Source: Antedon mediterranea (Eukaryota; Animalia; Echinodermata). Taken from it: 64,000 nt of DNA. The notes below the pieces were generated by a model. That model saw only the letters and a program-made list of their open reading frames with translations. It was not told the origin of the DNA and did no database searches. The stretch lies in NCBI RefSeq assembly GCF_964355755.1, contig NC_092671.1:8742001-8806000 (forward strand). Direction: 5' to 3'. A program made the translations under genes and the position numbers. Each line of letters opens with the position of its first letter. The stretch's first letter is position 1. This document shows positions 30,101 through 42,100 of this stretch, piece after piece.

Positions 30101-33100
30101 ATTAACGCAATTTTCATTACATCGACGCAATTTCATCGACGCAATGTTCATCACATCATTATATCAATACTATATTCATCGACGCAATTTTCATCACATC
30201 GACGCAATTTTCATTGCATCATCGACGCGATTTTATCATCGCCTAAACTGGCATTCCACACTAATTGCGTGTGATCTGATTGGTGTATTATAAATAAATT
30301 CATCGCGATGAATTTTTCAGTAGATGTAATGAGAAAGTTCAGTAGATGTAATGACAGTTAATTTAATTGTTCTGCTCTTTTTGTACAAATCTATACTACT
30401 TTATATTATGGATTTTGTAGTACTGTTAAAATTATTAAATCTCTGGAAGTGTGTTTTACGAGTATGTCCGCAAATTTATGCGTTTACGGTTTTAAAATGT
30501 GAGTTTTAAATAGCGAACATGATCTTGTGAGGTGCACTACGCACGCAGTATTCCAAAATGTCTTACTAATTGGGAGAAAATCATATTGTATCATATCATA
30601 TTATATCCATTCTTTAAATTCATATTCTTTATCCAAAACTAAATTGTTATAGTAAAACACAGTGCTAGCAATTTATCATATTATTAAATGTTTCATATTC
30701 TTTATCATTGTGTTTTACTCTAATCAAATTGGTATAGTAAAACACAGTGCTAAATTGCTATGTGAATGTCATTTATCATATTTTTAAATGTTTCCTATTC
30801 TTTATCATTGTGCTTTACCATAACCAAATTGGTTATAGTAAAACACAGTGCTAAATTGCTATGTAAATGTTATATATCATATTATTAAATTCCTATTCTT
30901 TATCATTGTGTTTTACTCTAACCAAATTGGTTATAGTAAAACACAGTGATAAATTGCTATGTAAATGTAATTTATCATATTATTAAATGTTTCCTATTCT
31001 TTATCATTGTGTTTTACTCTAACCAAATTGGTTATAGTAAAACACAGTGATAAATTGCTATGTAACTGTAATTTATCATGTTATTAAATGTTTCCTATTC
31101 TTTATCGTTGAGTTTTACTCTAATCAAATTGGTTATAGTAAAACACAGTGCTAAATTGCTATGTAAATGTTATATATCATATTATTAAATGTTTCCTATT
31201 CTTTATCATTGTGTTTTACTCTAATCTGATTGGTTATAGTAAAACACAGTGCTAAATTGCTATGTGAATGTCATTTATCATGTTATTAAATGTTTCCTAT
31301 TCTTTATCATTGTGCTTTACTCTAACCAAATTGGTTATAGTAAAACACCGTGCTAAATTGCTATGTAAATGTCATTTATCATGTTATTAAATGTTTCTTA
31401 TTCTTTATCATTGTGTTTTACTCTAACCAAATTGGTTAGAGTAAAACACAGTGATAAATTGCTATGTAAATGTAATTTATCATATTATTAAATGTTTCCT
31501 ATTCTTTATCATTGTGTTTTACTCTAACCAAATTGGTTATAGTAAAACACAGTGATAAATTGCTATGTAAATGTAATTTATCATGTTATTAAATGTTTCC
31601 TATTCTTTATCGTTGTGTTTTACTCTAATCAAATTGGTTATAGTAAAACACAGTGCTAAATTGCTATGTAAATGTTATATATCATATTATTAAATGTTTC
31701 CTATTCTTTATCATTGTGTTTTACTCTAATCTGATTGGTTATAGTAAAACACAGTGCTAAATTGCTATGTGAATGTCATTTATCATGTTATTAAATGTTT
31801 CCTATTCTTTATCATTGTGCTTTACTCTAACCAAATTGGTTATAGTAAAACACAGTGCTAAATTGCTAAATGTCATTTATCATGTTATTAAATGTTTCTT
31901 ATTCTTTATCATTGTGTTTTACTCTAACCAAATTGGTTATAGTAAAACACAGTGCTAAATTGCTATGTAAATGTAATTTATCATATTATTAAATGTTTCC
32001 TATTCTTTATCATTGTGTTTTACTCTAACCAAATTGGTTATAATTTATTTAATTTCATTTCAAAAGACATTTACCTAAATTGCTATTTAAATGTCATTTA
32101 TCAAATTATTAAATGTTTCCTATTATTTATCTGGTTATATAGTAAAACACTGTGCTAAATTGCTATTGTATTAAGGACGAGTTCCGAGAAGATGTATTCA
32201 AAGCTACAACCAATCAGAACAGTGTTAATCAATATAGTCCATGGCTACAGCCAATCAGAAACGTTCAAATCGCAATAACCCCTAGGCTAATAGAAATTAT
32301 TGGTCCGAGTAGCCTTTTCAACCAGACGTTGCGAGGTTTAAAAAGTAAAACATGATTTACTCGCCAGTTTGGTATAGTTTATATACCTGATCTTACCTAG
32401 TATTCAACCAGGTTCTTATTAGGGATTGACACAGGTCTTTTTGTAAGACAGTCAAGTGTTCTAGCAACTTGCCTACCACAACTACCACAGTATACTTACC
32501 AACTAAACTAGATGGAGACTGTTGGTTCTGAAGTGCGGTTTCTGTATCAACTAGGTCAGCAACATTTTGCTGGAATTGAAACTGATTGAAATTCAAGGCT
32601 TCCTAAAATAAAATTTAAAAAATAATGTAGGAAATTGTAGTGTAGCTTGGTGGTATGGGAGAGAGCTTTTTTTCAATTTGCTTACAATTTAAAACCTAAA
32701 CATTGACATTTCAGAGGTCGTTGTCTGGACCTAGAAACCACCAAAAACTGTGCCGAGGAATAAAGTGAGTGTCCCAGGTACCGTGCATGCACACAATCAA
32801 TTAACACAACCTAACTGGTTCCAAGGAGATTGGTTGTCTGAAATCAAATACTCTCTATGGTGCTTGCCTTCCAACCCTAAGGTCCGAGGTTCAATCCCGA
32901 CCAGGGTTCAATCTTGACCTAGTGCCTGGGTTGTAACACACAACTGGTAAAATACTCCACACTTAAAGCCTCAGACTTAGTTTATAAGCATAATAAAGTT
33001 TATCCATCCTAAAATTGGCATGTAAATTTGCTGGAGATGATTGTATGAAATACAGTTCAATTTTACTTTGAAACTGTTACACTTTAAAATTACAAAGTTT

Positions 33101-36100
33101 GTCAAAAAACAACTTTAGGTATTATTGGTCCTGGGAAGCCCTAGGGTGCTCAAACATAAACAAAAGTACACAATAATAGGTTACTTTATTTATAGTAACC
33201 CCACTGAACATAAAGATACTTTGAATTCAAAAGGCATCAATCAAATGGCTCCTACACCGCTGCCCACACAATGTTGCCACAAAAGAACTAGTATTATTAT
33301 TGGTTACAAGTTGGCATTCAATTGGGAGACCAAGTGTACAACTGACCTTTTAATGGAAGACACTTTATATTAGAATATCTTGCCACCTTAGTTCATTGAA
33401 AAGTGAAAAGTAAGAGTTAAGAATGTTTTAATTACCTACGTCATATCAAAGGCATTAAAACCCAAGGTTGGTTTGTATATTGTAAAATCTTATATTAGCA
33501 ACACAACACAATTCATGTCTATTTTAAACATTTATGAGAAAGAGCACAAAAAGATTGCGAGCACTATTTAAAATTACTTAGCATTAATTGCAAACAAATT
33601 GTTTTTTTAATTGACATTTAGGGTGTAAACACGACGAGCAAGAGTAATTACTTTAGGCTACTGATACAAATTGGTATTTCAATTCTTTTAATTAGGTATC
33701 CCTTGCTTATCCCACAGTATATAAAGAAAGTTATTCCAATTTAGTAGTTCCAATATTTATTTGGAGGCCTCTTGATCAGTGGCATATACTAGACAAGATT
33801 TATTAAAAATTTCTGGTGTCTTTTCAAACTGTATGTTTTAAAGAAAGGCAAATATACAAACTAGCCTCTAAATATTTGAACTTATATGCAGACACCACTC
33901 TCACCTTTTTAATGTTCATTTCTCTTCATTTCAGACTTCATCTCATATACATAGAATAAACAGTACATAATTAACAACAAGGCCATATACATGGCTGCAG
34001 TCGTGTGTGCAAATTGGAGTTAGTGTTTACGACCGACCACTGACCGACCAAAGTGACCTAAACATTAACAGGATACTGTATAGAAGAATAACAAAGTTTA
34101 CAGAATCTTTTCTCTGTAGAGTTAGGGGATGGTGAGTGGCGTAAAAGTGATTCTTATGTGGTTCTACCCACGGGTTTTCTACTCTGACATGTGAGAATAT
34201 TTATTCCCATATGTGTCAATCAATTTGTAGACTACCTTCCTATTTTTTTTGTTATTGTACTACTCCTACATATTAAATATTAAGATATCTGATAAAAATC
34301 ATGAGATATATTAAAGAAAGTTTGTTCAGAATTTCTGATTTTGGATTGCCTTTGTTGTCAACTCTGAGAATGAATACAATGTTAATAAACATTAGAACTA
34401 CTGTTTACATTTCATCAACTTTTTTTTTTACAATTCACAAAAGACAATCTCCAAGACACATTGAAATTGTGATACGCATTCGCAATGCACGTTTGCTTGG
34501 GAATTACTTATCGACCGTCTCATGATATCCATAATGCCTTAAATATGTTTTCTTTTCTGTTGTATGCTGATGACACAACCCTAATTTACACTGATAAAAA
34601 TATAGATTCCCTTTTTAAAATATCAACCGAATATCTACCCAAAATTTGAACATACTTTTCTGCAAACAAACTTTCTGTTAATCTAAAGAAGTGCTGTTGT
34701 ATGGTGTTAAAAAATTCACAAATACCACTAAATACTAGTACTTTCAAACTAAAAATTAAAGATCAATTAATACCTATTGTTGAGAAAACTAAATTTCTTG
34801 GTGTTTATCTGGACAGCAAGCTAAATTGGAAACATCAGATTACTCAAGTCGAAAACAAAATATCCAAAAGTTCTGGTATCATATATAGATTATCATCTTT
34901 CATCCCTCAAAACATACTCCGGATTCTTTACTGTTCACTAATCCTCCCTTACCTCACTTATTGTAATATTATTTGGGGTAATACATACCCGTCCTACTTA
35001 AACAAACTGTTATTGATACAAAAGAAAACCGTGAGATACATAGCAAATGCTCCTCCTTTATCCCATTCCAATCCTTTATTTTCTTCATTTGGTCTTTAAA
35101 ATTCAGGATATTAACCATCTTCAACAAAGTGTTTTCCTCTATTCATGGCTAAACTCGATCCTGCCATCACACTTTGATGATTTATTTAGTTTCAATTTTA
35201 ATTTTCATAACCACAAAACTCGGAGCGCAAATCAAATACGTATTCCTTTTTTTTAAACTACTTCTTTTAAACATAGCATTAAGTTCACTGGTCCTAAACT
35301 CTGGGATAACGTACCAGTTAATATAAAAAGTGCTTGGTCTAAGAAGAGTTTTTCTTTTAAATTGAAACGGCACCTCTTATCTAGTTATGTTTAATTATCC
35401 TTTCACTCATTGTAGTTTTGATATTTAGTCCTTTCGGTACCCTGAAACTAAAAGTCTTCATTACTGTTTTTGTCCTGTTTCCGGTTCCCGTGTTGTCCTG
35501 TTTTTTTTTCAGTTTCTATGGGCTACCTTATACCAGCTTTGCTTTTTAGGAATGTTGCCCCTCTTATTTTAATCATATTTACTGTTAATTTTTATTTTCT
35601 ATGAAAGACAAGAAGAGAAATAAATGTTACTTGTTGATTGAAAACTCGTTGATAAGTAACTGATATCGAAATCTTCACAGTCGCTGCGATTTCTTAGCCG
35701 ATAAACTTTTTATTATTCTTAATCACCGTGGAATCGACTACAGTATTACAACTTATCAAAGTGAAGGAAAGGGGAGTAATCTTATTAACGTAGTAATGTT
35801 TGATTCCTGGTTCGAATGGACTTTACACAAACATTATAATGTATAATGCTATACTTAATCAGTGTATTCAAACTGCGTTATTTATAGTTGAATTAACATT
35901 CAGAAAGCCATTTTGTATTAAAATAAACAGTACTATAAAAGCCAACAGCAATAAGGAAATGGAAAATGTGTACTAAGCATGGGTATATTACTGTACTTAA
36001 TGCTACAATGTAGAGGACAAAGAAACAGATTCTGAACCAATTACCAACATATAAATTATTACCTGCAAAAGTAAAATATCACAGAAAGTAAGTAGACAAT

Positions 36101-39100
36101 CTTACTGCTATCTAATAAGCATCTACTTTTAAATATTGATCCCTTTTAATCTAGACAGATGATCTTATCAAACTCATATAGCTTAATGGATTAATTATCA
36201 CTATTGATATCAGCATTACCATGGGAAATTAAACTTATGTAGCGATAGTTATTGTATTTTTATGTTAATTTCAGCAAACAAAAATGTTTTAAGTAGTCCA
36301 GTATTTGTTAATACCAATACCAGGATATATGAAAACAATAAACTGGAAAGAAGGAGACACAAAATATAATGGTGTTTTTCTGCTGTCTGATGCCAAATAA
36401 CCATTTATTTTAAAATAGATACTGTAGACAATGGACATTCATAAAGAAACCAGACTGCATTTCTGTTGAATGTTGTTCTCCTGCAGACAACGGATAACTC
36501 TATGGGAGGGTCACATTTATAAAAAATCATCATAACTAATTCACCCCTTTGTTTACATGACATCTCAATTCGCTGTATGCAAAGACAGGGCAGAAAGAAA
36601 GAGTGCTAATCTTCCAAAAGATGCACTGGGTGCAAAAGTGCACACAAGCCATGGATGTGTACACTGGACCTCCATTTTTAAGTTCTTATCTGAGAACAGG
36701 CATGTTACCACTAAGGACTCGAGGAGATCAAAGAGACTCTTGAACCTGTGCCTATTTTATGGCTATTGATTACAGTGCTCCGTCATACCGCTCGGCCAGT
36801 CATCATGAGAAATCTGGGTGTCACGAAACCTAAGACCACGAAAGCTAAGACCCCCTAAGACCTAAGATCACGAAAGCTAAGACCCAAGACCTAAGATTAC
36901 AAATATTTATCTTTCGCACCTGCCTTGTATTTTAACTCCCAACATTTATTCTGAATACCACACCTTAGAATTGGCACTTTCATGAAAAAGAATCACATAA
37001 AAAGTAACAAATACATTTTTAAATTGATGATTTTACAGACGTTTTTCTCGCACACAAAATGAATAGCCTACAGACAGTATAGTACACTAGTAGGCCTACC
37101 CGGCATGTTCAATGTTTTTGTTTCTATGGAACGTCAAAAGAGCAAAAATTATATAGAGGGCTGAAAACTCTGCGGAGTCCATCTACATAAACAATGTAAA
37201 ATTAAAATTGTAATGATAATAGTATAATCATGCAAGTACGAAGAAATAAATACTGGCAAATAAATTTTAACTTAAAAATCAATCAAGTTTTTTTGTTTCG
37301 TTTTCTTTCTGTTTTTATACTATTATTGTTGCTCTTTTGGCGCTCCATAGAAACAAAAACATTGAGCGGGGAGCTCAAGGAGTTACATTACAGTATACAA
37401 AGAAACACGCCTGTAAAATCATCAATTTAAAGGATTTATTTATTTGTTATTATGTGTTTTCTTCTAATTTTAAAATGTGGTATTCAGGATAAAGTTAGTC
37501 AACAAATTTGGAGTCAAAATACAAGAAAGGCAGGTGCGTAAGAAAAACATCCTCTGAACCAACACATTGGAGTAAATATATACCAACAAACAACCCGTCA
37601 AGTTTGTTTGTTGTAAAGAAAAAATATACATTTACTCAACGGGCGAAAATAATGCGAGTTTATCTATGTTTTTCGGTAGTATTAAATTATATTTATGGTA
37701 ATAAATGGAACCTACTGTGTTTAAAATTATGTATGGATAAACAAGTATTGTTTTTAAGCTGTAGTATATCTTAGAATTTGTAATCTTAGGTCTTGGGTCT
37801 TAGCTTTCGTGATCTTAGGTCTTAGCTTTCGTGGTCTTAGGTTTCGTGACACCCTGAGAAATCTACATACAAATCCGACAGCACCCTTTCTACAATTATT
37901 TACTAATTGTGCAGCTACATATCAGTGATAATAACCAATATGATTACAATTTCAAATATGAATTTGCTTATTCAAAATGTAAAATGACTTTATAATCATA
38001 AACTTACCAATGAGGCAATCTCAGATTTTTGTTTTGCTAGCTGTGTTTGTAATTCTGATAGTTGTCTTCCCACCTTATCCTTAACAGACTGTCCCTGTAG
38101 TTGGTCAACAAACTCCTGTAGGAAATAACATAATAAGTGATCGGCAGTTTTAGTTATTATGAATCTACCCTTCTTTCTCACAACAAAAACAACTGTACTT
38201 TTAAAGATGTGTAAAATCTTTTGTGTACTACATACATGTAAAAATGAAAGTTAAAAAAAAAATTATTTTTATCTTTAAACAAATAGTGTTGAAAATAATA
38301 TTACTACGAAAATTTGAAAATGAAAATAGCGTCTTTGTAGCTCATTTTAAAGTATAAGACACTCTTTGTTTTCCAAAAGATTATTGTGAACACACTCCTT
38401 CTGTTATAGAAATTCTGAATATCAAGCCCATAACCTGTTGTTTGTATATTTACATTGTCTACGGAGCTATGCGTGACAGACAAGTACAGAAAAAGATGGC
38501 GTTTGTACTGGACATTTTTTTTTCTGTACACATAAAAAAAAAAACAAAAAAAACTGTAAATATTCTGGCAACAGATTGAACGGGTAGGGGGAGTAAATTC
38601 TTTTGAGGATGACCCAACATATAATTTAGCGGTTCTTCTTTCCAAATAAAATATTATCTTTTTCTGCTTCAGTTCAATGTTGCATGTACTTTTTAGACAT
38701 AGAATCTTACAGTAATTTATACAATATGACCCAAAGCCATGAACTTTATTAAAAGAAAAAATGTTTATATATCAACAGGATGGCTGCATTGTCACCTGTT
38801 TCAGTCAGCTGCTACATTTAAACACAACAATAGACTTTAAACCAATTTTAGATTCACTGCTGTATTTAACTTTGTAAAAAATTTAAATAATTCAAAATGT
38901 ATTTTAGGAACAACATTTTAAAGGTAGAATAATATATTTGGACCTTAAAACAAAGACAGGAGAAGGCTCATGGAATAACTATCAACCTATATTGTTTCTT
39001 TACAATATTTAGTTTTATATAGGGGGTAGGTTAATAAGTTGTAACATACCAGCAAGTAATACAAATGAAACCTTACACTAAACATAAGGACCTTCTTGCC

Positions 39101-42100
39101 ACACACAATCTATATACTGTATCACAATTACAAATTGTGGGTATAAGGTGCAGCATTAAAGCATTGTCTACACTATCAAACTTTATGTGTTAAAAATGTG
39201 ATGTGCCCATATATGGACAGGATTATGTCATATCAATATCATATCTGAGCATATCACTACCATATTTGTCAAACTAGTTTGATAGTGTAGACAGAGAAAT
39301 TCTTCCTCCATTGTTAATTTTGAAATGTGAAAAAAGGAACACTTAATTGGGATGGGGGAATCGAGACCCATGTTTTCCCTCGTTCCCAACATTCCCAGAT
39401 CAGCACATATTACCCATTGTCATACATTATACATTTCCTTGAATTTGTTTGATATATAGGTAACACCTGCTATGACACAAAGCTGCAGATATATACAGTA
39501 AAACCTATTGTACCTATAAAATGCATGAAAAAGAAAATGATAATTAGCATCATCATTAAATCCTTGCAGTTACAAAACAGTTTACCAGCAAGTACTAAGT
39601 GCTAAAAGAATATCAAGGCCATTGTATTGCCATTACCAAGGGTGTAAAATGTAGGCTATTTCTGATTGTTTCCTGTTATTAAATTCTTTTGTTGTATTCA
39701 ACAATTTTATTTATCCAATCATGGACCTATAAAAGGCTCATGATCCTACTTCCAAACATATCATTGAGAGTTGAAGATTTGATTAACTAATTAACAGTGG
39801 AACTCCTAAGTGTTATTTTTAATGCATACTACACTCATCTTCAATATCATACTATAATGCACTGTACTTTAAAATGTTGTGCAAACTTTCAAAAAGCATG
39901 ATTGAGATGTGTACACACATACATCCTGTTTTAAAGTGCCAGATACCATGGTTTCTATTTCAAAATGTAGCTGTTGATTTTTCGTTTACTTCATGGCTTG
40001 TATAATATGCCTGTCACCCATGGGTATTTATTACTGAACACATCATCAGAATGAACTGGACTTCCTCTTTTAAAAGTGGTTGTGAACAAACATGATTTGT
40101 TAATCGTTAATTATTCCTGAATAAATCAAATATCAATATGAAAGTAACATAACAAGACCATAAATGAATGTATACCAAGTGCCAATTCAAACTAATTAGT
40201 TTCCAAATATTATAGATATTGACAAACAATACAAAATAGAATATTGTCTTGTGTGAGATAAGAAAGAAGTAACAATATAATAATATTCAAGTTTATATAG
40301 TACAAATATCCACTCTAAATGTTAAAACATTTTCAGTACATTCTTCTCTCTCCTATGTTATGTCCTTGCCAACATTTATACAGGCGCCGATATTCTATAC
40401 ATGACAGGAATATTATGATTTACACCGGATCTACAATTTTAAGTTTCCTATCTGAGCTGACTTTTTCCACCGCAGGAACCATGGTGAGAGTTGGCCACGA
40501 ACCCATACCACTAAAGCAACTACGGATTGAATACAGCCTCCCCCTGTCATAACCACATAAGCATGAATCATAATGTAGTAAAAGTAGGCAGACTTAGAAA
40601 TACTTTTAATTTGGTTTGACAACAGATTCTTGTTATTTTCCACATTATACAACAACCTGTAAGACCAGATCTTTACTGTAAACTATGGTTTCAGGTTTGG
40701 AATTCCTCTAAGTCATGGTTCATGCTGTGAGCCAGCAGGGTTAGAATTAGGTCAATATTATCATAGCACTATGAAATCTTGTTTTCAAAAGTTATTGGCA
40801 AATACATAATGTGGAAACATATTATTACTATAGTAATTGGGTAGGCAGACATTTTCTTGTATCTGGCTTTCAGATCTCGGGCTTAACATAACAAATATAC
40901 TCATAGCTGAGCTTAAGGTGCAGACAGGCTAAATACATTAATCTCATGGGCTAAAACCATCATATTAATATTAATCCCTTCAGGTATTAATTTTAATTTT
41001 TGAAAATTGAAAATTTCTGTTACATTGCAATGTGGGACAAAAAGGCCCTTAAAGAAGTTTACAGTAGTATTGAAGTTTATACTTATTTGTTGCTTTACTT
41101 ATATATAGGCCTATATCTATCTATCTATCTATCTACAATATATTAAAATAGCGTTTTTGTTTGCTACAAATGTTTGTTATTTCACACATCTATACAAATG
41201 GGGTATCAAAATGACCAGATGGTCCAGGGATGATTTTAAACTACATTTAAATATTTGATAATTACCATTATAACATTATATAGAAAAAAAAAATTTTGTT
41301 TCAAATCATTATTATTCATGAAGTGCCAATGGTTAGGATATCACCAAGATCATGTTGGAAACTCTTTACCAGGGGTTACCAGCTGTGGTATGGTTACAGA
41401 AACCAATTTAGTTGGTGGTTTGCTGAAGGTCAAAATCATGTGTATGGTAACTTGTTGCTATGTATAAAGCATTCCTATTGAATGCCAGATGAATGTTGTA
41501 GTAGTAGGTGGTTTATGCTAACACTTTCCTATATAGTGGTATGCGGCATACGAAAACATAAATTAGCAGGCCTGAAGATAATCTGTGTATCAACAGTTAG
41601 GCAATAATTATGTGCATCTGTATGATCACATCATCATTTTATACAAACAAAGGCAACTTGTCTACAAATTAGAAGAGGTTTACTATGCATCTATATTCTC
41701 TATTTGATTATCAAAATCAGAAAACCTGTGATGAAAATAGTAAGGTAATAAAAAGAAAGAAAAACTGTGTACACAAGGTTTGTAGCCTCTTTTTTCTCAT
41801 CAATTGAAAGCAAAAGTCTGCACCATTTTAAAAAAAAAATGGAAATGTATCACAAAAATATGTTAAAAAAATATAAAAGATACAGGAATTGGCTCGTCAA
41901 CTATATTTGGTCATCTGGGGTCCACTGTTTTAATTTTCAAGTGTAATGAAAGAGGAGATGAGCTGGGTTTCGTAATTATTTCTGTAATTATAACCTAATT
42001 GAATGAATGCTTCCTCTCGTCTCATAGTTTAAAGAAAAATAAACTTATGGTTTTTTAAGCTGCTCTCCTAAACCTTAATAAAACTGTAAAAAAATGAAAA

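Larger units (their letters stand above)
25514..32375. mobile_element. ~6.9-kb foldback-type composite element
   Basis: 34-bp terminal IR ATACCAAAYTGGCGAGTAAATCATGTTTTACTTT enclosing oppositely oriented 101-bp arrays, palindromic modules and an inner foldback unit. Confidence 0.75.

Noticed and set aside
29183-30293. ORF-track proteins (MKIASMKIAS..., IDAIF...)
   Set aside because: They are translations of the 15-bp repeat in several frames
20192-32168. 105-bp, 101-bp and 15-bp arrays as CRISPR-like arrays
   Set aside because: Whole units repeat with no unique spacers, there are no cas genes, and the context is a eukaryotic intron
25838-32355. ORFs 25838-26080 and 31773-32355
   Set aside because: They are translations of the 101-bp satellite
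32397-32499. Extension of exon 22 to a second donor AG|GTAAGA (ORF 32393-32596)
   Set aside because: It ends in phase 2 but exon 23 needs phase 1; at most an NMD isoform
32856-32930. tRNA-Gly gene
   Set aside because: No complete cloverleaf, the B-box segment is duplicated, and the downstream body is shared with the 10-kb copy, so it is a SINE
34701-35373. Nested plus-strand gene
   Set aside because: It is a disrupted LINE reverse-transcriptase tail
41115-41600. Helitron-like element (TCTA repeats followed by CAATATATTAAAAT)
   Set aside because: No convincing 3' hairpin and CTRR end found
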